DNA from: Bacteroidota bacterium
GTDB lineage: Bacteria > Bacteroidota > Bacteroidia > AKYH767-A > OLB10
Direction of reading: 5' to 3'
Length of the DNA stretch: 64,000 nucleotides
Assembly (NCBI GenBank): GCA_016713525.1
Contig: JADJOZ010000033.1
Coordinates: forward strand, 255,007-319,006
Shown here: piece by piece, positions 7,654 to 17,103 of the stretch
How positions within the stretch are numbered: the first letter of the stretch is position 1
Layout of the letters: every line of letters starts with the position of its first letter
The notes under the pieces: model-generated
Seen by the model: only the letters and a program-made list of their open reading frames with translations
Databases searched by the model: none
Told to the model about the DNA's origin: nothing
Translations under genes and position numbers: made by a program

Positions 7654-9705
7654 ATGAAAAAAATTATACTATTATTTGCAATGCTGTTTGTGTGCTTAGG
7701 TGTACAGGCGCAATATTATTATTATCCATACACTTATGATCCCGGAATCAATCCCGGAGGATTAAACAACGATGATGAATACCCGGTGGGAGGTGGACTG
7801 GCAACAACCTGGACCACTATTCAGGGCTCAAGCGCAACTCCTGCATGGAGTGCAGTTCAAACTATTCCGTTTCCATTTAATTTTAATGGAAGCCCGGTAA
7901 CCAGCTACAAAATTTCTACAACTGGTATTTTAACATTTGATGTTGTTTCCGCTTTACCAGCACCATCTTCTACATCTCAGTTATTGCCATCGGCATTAAT
8001 TCCCGATAACTCTGTTTGTGTTTGGGGATTACAGGCAACCGGTGCTAACGATAATATAGTTGTAAAGACTTTTGGAACTGCACCAAACCGTCAGTATTGG
8101 ATTTTCTTCACATCCTATTCTATTCCAGGCAATACTGCAGGCTGGACCTACTGGTCAATTGTTCTTGAAGAAACAAGCAATAAAATTTATCTTGTTGATC
8201 AGCGCACAAACGGCTTGTTGAATATGTCGCTTGGTATTCAATTGAACAGCACAACAGCATTTCCTGTTGCAGGTTCACCGAATATCGCAACTCAGGGTGC
8301 AAATGATCCTACCCGTGGCGACAATAATTACTATGAATTTATGTATGGTGTTAATCCTGCATATGATGCAGCAACATATAAAATTACCACTTATCCTTAT
8401 CTCACTTTAGGATCAAATGATATTTCTGGTACGTTGATTAACTATGGAACTACAACTATTACATCCTTAACTTTAAATTACACAATCAATGGTGGTGCGC
8501 CTGTAACTGATGTTGTTACCGGAGTTTCAATTGCACAATTTGCATCTTATAGTTTCACACATAGTACTCCATGGGTTTCAACAGGAACAGGATCGTACAC
8601 AGTTACATGTTATGCTACCAATCTGAATGGTAATGCTGATCAGAATACAGGAAATGATGTTGCAACAAAAGAGTTAAGTATTTTAACATCGCTTGTGCAA
8701 CGTACGCCATTGTTTGAAATTTTTACGAGCTCAACATGCCCTCCTTGTCTTCCCGGTAATACCAATTTCCACAATATCATAGATACGATTCCTCAATCAC
8801 AGCATGTGGTTATCAAGTTTCAGCAGGATTTCCCCGGAAGCGGTGATCCTTACACCACCGATGAAGGTTTGGCAAGACGTGCATATTATGGAATTAATTC
8901 TATTCCCCGTCAGGAAAACGATGGTGGTTGGGATGGCAATTCCAATACCTTTTCTTATCAACTTTATAGTGATGCCCGTGAAGTGCCTGCGCAATATATG
9001 ATTGATGGAACCTACTCGGAAGATACCATTGCAAGAACATGGGCGGCAACAGTTCGGTACTCACCATTATTCGATGCGTTAGGTTCTATTTTACAGGTTG
9101 GAATTATTGAAAAAAGAACGGAACTAAATGTGAAGACAAATCTGGAAACGGAATTTTTTAATGTGATGAAAAAGATGTTACCTACAGAATTTGGAACAAC
9201 ATTACAAAATATTCCCGCAGGAACATGGGACAGTGTTTCTGTTGCTTATACATTTAATGGCAATTACCGACTCCCGCCCAACGGACAAACCAATCTGATC
9301 AATCATGCTATTGAACACTCAGTTGAAGAGTTCAGTGATCTGGCAATGACTGCATGGATTGAATCACCATCAAATCCAAAACAGGTTTATCAGGCAGCTA
9401 ACCTGGTTAAAACATCTGCAACAGGAATATTTACCATGAATCAAACTATAGATGCAATTGACATTTATCCAAGTCCAGCAACCGACTTCACCTTTGTGGA
9501 AATCGCATTGAATAACACTGAAAAACTTAAAATTCAATTGATGGATGCATCAGGTCGCACCATCGAAGTTCGTAACATTACTGCTGTAGCAGGAACAACC
9601 ATCGAGAAATTTGATGTGAGCTCTCTTGCAGGTGGATTATATCACCTTGCTGTAAGCGATAGCAAAAACAATTCGTTTGTAAAACGGATTGTTGTGGTGA
9701 AATGA
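7654..9705 (+). CDS. T9SS-sorted secreted protein with an internal thioredoxin-fold-like CPPC segment (Omp28-related-like)
   Basis: The ORF spans 7621..9705. The likely start is MKKIILLFAMLFVCLGVQAQ at 7654. 'TPLFEIFTSSTCPPCLPGN' places CPPC at 8737-8748. The T9SS tail is 'IDIYPSPATDFTFVEI..GGLYHLAVSDSKNNSFVKRIVVVK'. Confidence 0.8.
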   Translation: MKKIILLFAMLFVCLGVQAQYYYYPYTYDPGINPGGLNNDDEYPVGGGLATTWTTIQGSSATPAWSAVQTIPFPFNFNGSPVTSYKISTTGILTFDVVSALPAPSSTSQLLPSALIPDNSVCVWGLQATGANDNIVVKTFGTAPNRQYWIFFTSYSIPGNTAGWTYWSIVLEETSNKIYLVDQRTNGLLNMSLGIQLNSTTAFPVAGSPNIATQGANDPTRGDNNYYEFMYGVNPAYDAATYKITTYPYLTLGSNDISGTLINYGTTTITSLTLNYTINGGAPVTDVVTGVSIAQFASYSFTHSTPWVSTGTGSYTVTCYATNLNGNADQNTGNDVATKELSILTSLVQRTPLFEIFTSSTCPPCLPGNTNFHNIIDTIPQSQHVVIKFQQDFPGSGDPYTTDEGLARRAYYGINSIPRQENDGGWDGNSNTFSYQLYSDAREVPAQYMIDGTYSEDTIARTWAATVRYSPLFDALGSILQVGIIEKRTELNVKTNLETEFFNVMKKMLPTEFGTTLQNIPAGTWDSVSVAYTFNGNYRLPPNGQTNLINHAIEHSVEEFSDLAMTAWIESPSNPKQVYQAANLVKTSATGIFTMNQTIDAIDIYPSPATDFTFVEIALNNTEKLKIQLMDASGRTIEVRNITAVAGTTIEKFDVSSLAGGLYHLAVSDSKNNSFVKRIVVVK

Positions 9706-9729
9706 TAATACAATGACTTTATAAAAAGG

Positions 9730-9766
9730 AAGTCCCTGCCATTGATTGGTAGGGACTTTTTTTTTA
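9730..9766 (+). terminator. Intrinsic terminator
   Basis: AAGTCCCT (9730-9737) pairs with AGGGACTT (9751-9758) and is followed by a T9 run, 25 bp after the stop at 9705. Confidence 0.7.
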
Positions 9767-10277
9767 ATTGGAGAAGACTGTGACTTTTTAATTTTTTAAT
9801 TTAATAAGAGTATTTAATCCAATATTTTAGAATTTTATGGCTGACAAAAAAGATGCTAGTAAAATTTGCTCCTCCTGAAATTAAGTTTGGCCGGTCCTTT
9901 AAGGTCATGAATTTTAAATTTTAAATTAGACATCATCCGGCATAGTCCCAAAGTAACCGGTGAACCTATTTACCTTTCCCTCACGCTATCATTCTCAGCT
10001 AATTGAGTGCCTGATAAAGAAGGGAATGCAGAATCAGGAATAGTTGCTTTTTTTAGCACCCGGAGGTCGGACAACGGGCTATATTGAACCATTAAACCGT
10101 TTGTAAATTATGGATAATCAGTCAAATAGCGGATTGGTCAGTGCTTGTACCACTTAAGTAGTATTTACCAGGGCCTGTTTGCCGAAGTAAATTTGTCTCA
10201 TGAATTTAAACAGCGTGATATTGTTTTTATGCAACAGTAAGAGAGTTGAAAACCTTTCTGAATTGGTAATATTCCGG

Positions 10278-11782
10278 ATGGTCTTTTTTATTTTTTGTGT
10301 TGTTTTTTCATATAGTCATGTAAAGGCACAGGTGTTGACTTCAAACAATATTCAGGCTACCATTCTTTCAGGCACACAAGTGAGTGTGAAAGGTGATGTA
10401 TTAATTACCAATGGAGCAACAATCGACAATACAGGAATTATAGACATTTCCGGGAACTGGACTAACAATAGCAGCGCATCAGTTTTGGAATTTCGAAAGG
10501 CACAGTTATTTTAAATGGAGTGAATCAACAAATCAATGGTGCATTTCCAACAACATTTTTTAATCTGAATTTATTCAATGGGATAAAAACTATGAATACT
10601 GATATCACCACTGGTGGCATGGTGAGTTCTCCATCAGGATCATTAAATTGCAATAATGCCATTCTCGATTTGAATTCACATACAGCAATTATTCATAACA
10701 TCAATCCTGCAGGTATTACAGCTTCTACAGGATTTATTCTGAGTGAGGATGCTGATAACAGTTCAAAAGTATGGTGGGAGTTTGTAGGTCAGGGCTTGCA
10801 TACAATTCCTTTTGGAAACTCTTCAGGATCACATGTTCCTTTTTCATTCCTGCCATTGCCTTCAATGAGTGGGGGTGTTTTCAGCGATATGGTTGTATCG
10901 ACCTATGCTACCAATGCTGCAAATATTCCTTATCCGGTTTTACCGGAAACTGTTACACATATGAACGGGTTGGCAGGTATTGATAATAGCAATAATACGG
11001 TTGACAGGTTTTGGCATATTTCAAAGAATGGATCTGCTGATTGTAGTTTTACATATGCACCCGGAGAAAATGCTGCAGCCGGAAATGCAAATATGAGAGC
11101 ACAACGGTGGGAAAAAATTGGTGAAGGTTGGGAATTGCCGACTCTGGGGCAATCGAACCCTACAGCGCAAAGTGTATTTGTTCCTGCTCTGGTCACAAAC
11201 GGTACCTACACAATTGCGGCGCAATCGAGTCCATTGCCGGTTAGTCTTTTATATTTTGAAGCAAAAAAAACCGATTTTAAAAGCGTGATTTGTTCCTGGG
11301 TTACGGCATCTGAAACCGGAAACAATTATTTCGAAGTGGAACGTAGTCGTGATGGGATTTACTTTTCTTCCATAGGAATAGTAGCAGGAGCAGGAAATTC
11401 ATCTCTTCAGTTGACTTATACTTTTACAGATTTAAATCCTCTCAAAGGAATATCTTATTACCGTTTGAAGCAAACCGACTTCAATGGTGCTTTTCAATAT
11501 TCTGAATGGTCAGTAATTTCTTTTGATGCACTTTATACTTTGGCAGTTTATCCGAATCCATCAAAAGGAAATTTTACCATTCAGTTGCCTTATGAAAATT
11601 CCAATAGCGGTGCAATAATTCAAATAACCAACGCATCAGGTATGGTTGTCTACCAGGAACAGGTATCATCTGATCTTAATACGATTAATTTGACAAATAA
11701 AGAAATTGCAAACGGAATTTATACTGTCACTGCGATATATTCACAAGAATTTCACCAAATCAAAATTAACTTGATCAGATAG
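10278..11782 (+). pseudogene. T9SS-sorted adhesin-like protein, split into two ORFs (10200..10514 and 10520..11782) by a 1-nt frameshift at the T4 run 10483-10486
   Basis: The second frame is already open from 10472 and reads 'FGISKGTVILNGVNQQING', continuing 'GNWTNNSSASV' of the first ORF. One extra T restores a single ORF. The signal peptide MVFFIFCVVFSYSHVKAQ starts at 10278. The T9SS tail is 'LAVYPNPSKGNFTIQL..GIYTVTAIYSQEFHQIKINLIR'. Confidence 0.75.
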
Positions 11783-11829
11783 TTAACATAACCAGATTAG
11801 TTCAAATAAATATACTTAAAAAAATCATC

Positions 11830-13719
11830 ATGAAGCATTCAGGAAAAATTATTTTGATAATTTGTTGCATTATCAATATCAGTTTTAGAACAACTGTAAA
11901 TGCGCAAGGAATGGGTATTAACAATGTAAATCCTCATGCATCAGCAATATTAGACCTGACAGCTACAAACAAGGGGTTTCTTGCACCTCGAATGACTGCT
12001 GTTCAGCGAAATGCAATTCCTGCCCCCGCAACAGGTTTGTTGGTTTTTGACACTTCACTAAACAACTTTTATTTTTATAATTCAACTGCATGGCAGCAAT
12101 TAGGAGGATCATTGGGCTGGGAATTGACGGGTAATGCAGGGACTAATCCGTTAATAAATTTTTTGGGCACTGCCGATAATCAACCTTTGGTGTTTAAAAT
12201 TAATAATCAGCCGGCTGGATACATCGATCATATAGATGGTGCCTTTACAGGCAGAAATACTTTTTATGGAAAATTAGCAGGTTCAATGAATACATCCGGT
12301 GGATATGAAAATACCTTTGTTGGTCATAAGACAGGTGAACATAATACCACGGGTGATTTCAATACTGGAATCGGATCCTTTGCATTGCAGGACCTAACTA
12401 CAGGTTATTCGAACCTTGCTCTTGGAGCACAAGCAATGATGCGGGCTACATCAAATTTTCAGAATTGTGCAGTAGGTATTGGAGCAATGACATTCGCCAC
12501 TTCCGGATTTTATAATCATGCCTTTGGTTATCATGCCATGTTCAACACTGCTTCTGCCGGAATAGGAAATCATGCTTTTGGATTTGAAGCACTTTTAAAT
12601 AACACCGGAGCATATAATTGTGCATATGGACAAACTTCCATGCGTGCTAATATTAATGGAAATTATAACGCTGCATTTGGAAGTTCTGCACTATATAATA
12701 ATACAACAGGAAACAATAATACTGCAATGGGAGAGTTGGCATTGGTGAATAATACCAGTGGAAATTTCAACACCGTTTATGGTTCACGTGCAGCTTATAC
12801 CAGTATGACCGGAAATGGAATTGTTGCAATTGGCGACAGTGCGTTGTATGCAAATGTGAGCTCAGGAAACACAGCAGTTGGTTCCAGGGCACTGCGATCT
12901 AATTCTAATGGATTGATGAATACTTCAGTAGGAAGTGAATCACTTTATTTAAATTCAACAGGAAATACCAACACAGCTATAGGGGTAAATGCCTCCCGAA
13001 ATCAAATTATTGGATCCAATAATGTAGCAGTAGGAGCTTTTTCGTTGCAAAATAATTTAAATAACTACAATACTTCCGTTGGAGTATTTTCAGGTTCTGT
13101 GCATAATAATTATTCCTACGGTACATTTGTTGGTTATGGTGCTGATGCTTCTTCATCCGGCTTAACAAATATTACAGCTGTTGGAAGTGGTGCCATTGCA
13201 GTTGCAAATAATCAGGTTAAACTTGGGAATTCTTTTGTTACCACCATTGGCGGAGCTGTTAACTGGAGCATTATATCTGATGCGCGTTTTAAAAAGGATG
13301 TACGCAATGATGTTGCGGGTTTAGATTTTATTCTTGAATTGAAACCTGTTACTTACAAATATGATATTTTGATGTACCGGAATTACACCGGAGAAAGTAA
13401 AATGGATATCAATGGCAATGTAACGAAACTGAATAATAAAGAATTCATCCGGTATTCCGGTTTTCTTGCTCAGGAAGTGGAACAGGCTGCTGTTCGGGCA
13501 GGTTATGATTTCAGTGGAGTCCATCATCCGGAAAACGAAACCGATACTTACATGTTGAGTTATGCTGAATTTGTTGTGCCACTTGTAAAGGCGGTACAGG
13601 AATTAAATTCCAAAATTGAATTGCTGGAAAAACAAAATTCGGAATTACGTTCAGGTTTGTTGAAACTACAAAATAATAAGCCTGATATGAATGCAGACAT
13701 TAGCATTTCTTCTAAATGA
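11830..13719 (+). CDS. Tail-fibre-like protein: signal peptide, ~15-aa periodic Asn/Gly/Ala-rich fibre repeats, and a C-terminal peptidase S74 (endosialidase-type intramolecular chaperone) domain
   Basis: 629 aa. About 25 repeats of the type 'NxAxGxxALxxNTxGxx' occur (e.g. 'NTAMGELALVNNTSGNFNTVYGSRAAYTSMTGN'). The S74 signature starts at 13276: 'SDARFKKDVRNDVAGLDFILELKPVTYKYD...GFLAQEVEQAAVRAGYDFSGV...LSYAEFVVPLVKAVQELNSKIELLEKQNSEL'. Confidence 0.75.
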   Translation: MKHSGKIILIICCIINISFRTTVNAQGMGINNVNPHASAILDLTATNKGFLAPRMTAVQRNAIPAPATGLLVFDTSLNNFYFYNSTAWQQLGGSLGWELTGNAGTNPLINFLGTADNQPLVFKINNQPAGYIDHIDGAFTGRNTFYGKLAGSMNTSGGYENTFVGHKTGEHNTTGDFNTGIGSFALQDLTTGYSNLALGAQAMMRATSNFQNCAVGIGAMTFATSGFYNHAFGYHAMFNTASAGIGNHAFGFEALLNNTGAYNCAYGQTSMRANINGNYNAAFGSSALYNNTTGNNNTAMGELALVNNTSGNFNTVYGSRAAYTSMTGNGIVAIGDSALYANVSSGNTAVGSRALRSNSNGLMNTSVGSESLYLNSTGNTNTAIGVNASRNQIIGSNNVAVGAFSLQNNLNNYNTSVGVFSGSVHNNYSYGTFVGYGADASSSGLTNITAVGSGAIAVANNQVKLGNSFVTTIGGAVNWSIISDARFKKDVRNDVAGLDFILELKPVTYKYDILMYRNYTGESKMDINGNVTKLNNKEFIRYSGFLAQEVEQAAVRAGYDFSGVHHPENETDTYMLSYAEFVVPLVKAVQELNSKIELLEKQNSELRSGLLKLQNNKPDMNADISISSK

Positions 13720-14009
13720 AAAAAATCAGAATTATATCCCGCTTGATACCTTTTAAGGCAATTTACTTAGAATTCCTGATGCAAAGGAATCTGGTACAAA
13801 ATCCGACAGAAGAAATTTTTCCATCTGAATTCACTAATTATCCTGACCTGGCCGCTTATTTAGGGCCATACTTGAGCGATTGCATGCAGAGTTAATTCCG
13901 GAAGCAACGCGAAAGTTATCAGCTATTTATGGTTAATTAATCCTGAAGGTTGATCTTCTTAAGTGGGTATTTTTAACTTAGCTTTGAGTAAAATTAAATT
14001 TTATCTCTT

Positions 14010-14273
14010 ATGAAAAGTAAGTTGATCCTTATTGTACTTTTTTCTCTCACAATGATTCAAGCTATTGAGGTACAAGCATTTAGCGAATATGAATCAACCA
14101 CCCAGGTTGTCACATCGCGGGAAATAGGAGATGATTATTTATGGTTCGCCGATTCAAGAGGTAAGTTATCGATCGTGCAAGTTTCTGAAGGTATCGACAG
14201 GAGTCACCTTAGAAGTGGTTTATATCTGGTTCATGTTATCGACCTAAATGGACATTCCCATCAAACTAAGTGA
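14010..14273 (+). CDS. Small secreted protein consisting of little more than a signal peptide and a T9SS-tail-like segment
   Basis: 87 aa. The signal peptide is MKSKLILIVLFSLTMIQAIEVQA. The C-terminal half, 'GKLSIVQVSEGIDRSHLRSGLYLVHVIDLNGHSHQTK', resembles the last strands of a Por sorting domain. Confidence 0.45.
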   Translation: MKSKLILIVLFSLTMIQAIEVQAFSEYESTTQVVTSREIGDDYLWFADSRGKLSIVQVSEGIDRSHLRSGLYLVHVIDLNGHSHQTK

Positions 14274-14438
14274 TGAAACAGTTAATTACAAATGGGGATT
14301 TAATGTGTATATAGAATTGTTCTGTAGAAAGATTTGCACACTAATGTTAGTATAAAGTATAATAATTGGGGAGTAAACAATTATAATCAAGTGGCATAGA
14401 ATTAGCATGAAACAACCAACTATCTAAAAACAATTATC

Positions 14439-15632
14439 ATGAAAAAAAATTTACATTATTACGTGGCAGCATGGGCCTTGGTCCTTGCCATGTTCGCCTC
14501 TTGCAGTAAAGAGGAAACGAATCAACCGGGTGATGTTAATCAGGTTGACATAAGTGAGGCGGGACAAAATCCGGATGACTTGTTATTAAGCAATCAAAAT
14601 GACAGAATAGCACTAAGTGGGTATCTTTACACTCAAACGAATGCAACTGGAAACAATCAGATTCTTATTTATCGCCACAATTGGACCGGAGCACTGACTT
14701 ATGTTGGAGCGGTTTCAACCGGTGGGTCAGGGAATGGTAAGAGCCTAAGCTCTCAGGGAGCATTGGCAATTGACCGTCAGCAAAACCGGTTGTTTGCAGT
14801 CAATGCCGGATCGAATTCTTTGTCGATGTTTTCAATTGATCCTGCAAATGGAAATTTGACATTACTCGACAATGAACCATTGCAATCAGTAACTCCTGTA
14901 AGTGTTACTGTAAAAGGTAATTTTGTTTATGTGGTTAATGATGGATCAAATAATATCAGAGGATTGCAAGTAATTGGAGGAAATTCAATGGTATTACTTT
15001 CAAATTCCAGCAAAGTATTAAGCTCCAGTGGAGCCGGTCCGGCACAGATTAGTTTTAGTCCAAATGGCAATTGGTTGCATGTAACTGAAAAGAACAAGAA
15101 TTTTATTCGTACATTCCAGGTTAATGCCGGGGGATATGCCCAACCGGGAACTAATACTGCTTCAATCGGGAAAACACCATTTGGTTTTTGTTATGGAAGA
15201 AGTAATACACTCGTAGTGACACACGCAGAAGCCAATGCAGTTGGTCAATCTGTAGGTGCTAGCTACTCCGGGAATAATTCTAATATCCTGGCAACAGTTA
15301 ATGGTTCCATATCAACAGCGCAATCGGGGTCGGGATGTGCAGCAGGAACAATATTTGGCAGATATGCTTTCGTAACGAATAACATAAGCAATAATATTTC
15401 TTCCTATTACATTGCATCTTCGGGTAATCTGGTGCTCGTAAATGGAAGTGCAGCTGCAACCGGTAATGCTCCTACAGATATTTGTTTGAGTAATTCTAAT
15501 TTATTTGTTTATGCCATCAATTCAGGTGATGGAACCATTTCGGCTTATCTAAGAGGAGTGTTAGGTACATTGATTCCAATTGGAACAACTTCCGGCGTAA
15601 CTACTTTCGGGGCCGGACTTGTTAGCTATTAA
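14439..15632 (+). CDS. Lipoprotein, lactonase-family 7-bladed beta-propeller-like
   Basis: 397 aa. The lipobox is 'LAMFASC'. 'NQILIYRHNWTGALTYVGAVSTGGSGNG..LAIDRQQNRLFAVNAGSNSLSMFSIDPANGNLTLL' is typical of 6-phosphogluconolactonase-like propellers. Confidence 0.6.
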   Translation: MKKNLHYYVAAWALVLAMFASCSKEETNQPGDVNQVDISEAGQNPDDLLLSNQNDRIALSGYLYTQTNATGNNQILIYRHNWTGALTYVGAVSTGGSGNGKSLSSQGALAIDRQQNRLFAVNAGSNSLSMFSIDPANGNLTLLDNEPLQSVTPVSVTVKGNFVYVVNDGSNNIRGLQVIGGNSMVLLSNSSKVLSSSGAGPAQISFSPNGNWLHVTEKNKNFIRTFQVNAGGYAQPGTNTASIGKTPFGFCYGRSNTLVVTHAEANAVGQSVGASYSGNNSNILATVNGSISTAQSGSGCAAGTIFGRYAFVTNNISNNISSYYIASSGNLVLVNGSAAATGNAPTDICLSNSNLFVYAINSGDGTISAYLRGVLGTLIPIGTTSGVTTFGAGLVSY

Positions 15633-15655
15633 TCAACATATTTTTTGAATATACA

Positions 15656-15693
15656 GGGTTGAAACTTCTATGGTTGAGGTTTCAGCCCTTTTT
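15656..15693. terminator. Hairpin terminator between convergent genes
   Basis: GGGTTGAAAC (15656-15665) pairs with GTTTCAGCCC (15679-15688), 9 of 10 bp, followed by T5. Confidence 0.6.
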
Positions 15694-15705
15694 ATTTGTT
15701 TGCCA

Positions 15706-16275
15706 TCAATCACGAATGACAATCTGATATTTATTTAGCAACGTAATTACATCAGGCATTGAAAAAATTGCTTTCCGGATATGATTTTTGTCTGGGTCAA
15801 TGATGTAATTTATGGCTGTACTTAAATCGGCTTTTTCTAATATGGTGTTATCGAATACTGCAAGCTGAAGATCACATTGCCTGAAAATAGATGCGGTTAA
15901 ATCGGTTTCACTGAAATCAACTTCTTTCAAAGAACAATCCTGAAAAGAAGTTTTTGATAGCTTTAATCTGTAAAATGAAGATAAATCAAGTTGGCATTTA
16001 TTAAATTTAAAAAATAAAAGAATGTGATTACAATCATCAAAGTGTACACCCATTAATTTGCAATTAGTGAAAATTACATCCTGAAAAGCAGTTTTATGCA
16101 CTTTAACCAGACTCATTTCACAGTCTGTAAAAGTACAATCAATAAATTTCATTTCCGACAGGTTGCAATTTTGAAAATTACAGTTTATGAATTCGCATGT
16201 TTCAAATTCCCTGTAACTGAATCCATCAGCAGAAAACTTTACCTTTTCAAACTTAAAATCATATTGGATCTTCAT
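15706..16275 (-). CDS. Pentapeptide-repeat protein
   Basis: 189 aa with continuous A(D/N)LxF-type quintets ('CNFQNCNLSEMKFIDCTFTDCEMSLVKVHKTAFQDVIFTNCKLMGVHFDDCN..'). Confidence 0.8.
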   Translation of the reverse strand: MKIQYDFKFEKVKFSADGFSYREFETCEFINCNFQNCNLSEMKFIDCTFTDCEMSLVKVHKTAFQDVIFTNCKLMGVHFDDCNHILLFFKFNKCQLDLSSFYRLKLSKTSFQDCSLKEVDFSETDLTASIFRQCDLQLAVFDNTILEKADLSTAINYIIDPDKNHIRKAIFSMPDVITLLNKYQIVIRD

Positions 16276-16358
16276 GGATTTATTTATTTATGTGGTAAAA
16301 ATAAAACAATTTGCTGAATTATTATTTATACTTTGTGCCATAATATTTACAGCATATA

Positions 16359-16823
16359 ATGAGTCAGACACCAGTTCCTTACAAGAATCAATTAGTTAAT
16401 ATTATCAAATCCGCTTTACAAAACCGAATGGCTGAAGCGAATGCAGCAATTATTTCTGCTAAGGATTCGCGTGACAGTGATACAAAGAGTAGTGCCGGCG
16501 ATAAATATGAAACCGGAAGAGAAATGATGCAGATGGAAATGAATAAAGCTGAACTGCAAATGCAGGCTGCCAAAAAGCTGTTACATGAACTCGATAAAAT
16601 TGATTTGAAATCCTCCGGTAACAAAGTTAAACCTGGGTCACTTGTAACTACCAATAGGGAAATCTTTTTTATGACTATTGGATTTGGAAAAATTGAATTT
16701 GAAGGAAAGGAAGTTTTCGTTATTTCCCCCGCATCTCCGTTGGGGACTATCCTTCTGAATAAAGCTACCGGCACTAGCTTTTCCTTTCAGGGAATCGAAA
16801 GACTCATAGTGTCCGTGCTGTAG
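16359..16823 (+). CDS. GreA/GreB C-terminal-domain-like protein with N-terminal coiled coil
   Basis: 154 aa. The N-terminus is coiled-coil-like. The C-terminus 'VKPGSLVTTNREIFFMTIGFGKIEFEGKEVFVISPASPLGTILLNKATGTSFSF' resembles the Gre-factor FKBP-like domain. Confidence 0.5.
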   Translation: MSQTPVPYKNQLVNIIKSALQNRMAEANAAIISAKDSRDSDTKSSAGDKYETGREMMQMEMNKAELQMQAAKKLLHELDKIDLKSSGNKVKPGSLVTTNREIFFMTIGFGKIEFEGKEVFVISPASPLGTILLNKATGTSFSFQGIERLIVSVL

Positions 16824-17103
16824 ATCAGGTGGAGTATAAATCCTGGAAGATGGTGTTTAGTACAATTTCCGGGAGAGTCAACTAACTTTATTCTTAACCT
16901 GCATGTAAGCGGATTGTGTAATTATTTTCATCCGTATTATTCTGAAAAAGAGGTGTAAAATGATTTTCGTGGCAATTCATATATAATTGAATATCAATTT
17001 AAACCGTATTTTTTTGATTGCTAGTTTCGGTTTATGTAACAAAAGTCATATTCCGGCCGGAGTGGTGATGGTAATTTTGTGATGAAATTAAAATATTATA
17101 ATC

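Noticed and set aside
9767-10199. A 430-bp ORF-free gap upstream of the adhesin-like gene, considered as a candidate sRNA. It contains a short hairpin CCTGAT/ATCAGG followed about 10 nt later by a T7 run near 10021-10065.
   Set aside because: The stem is only 6 bp, I could identify no convincing promoter box, and I recognised no known ncRNA family (tmRNA, 6S, SRP, RNase P). The evidence is insufficient.
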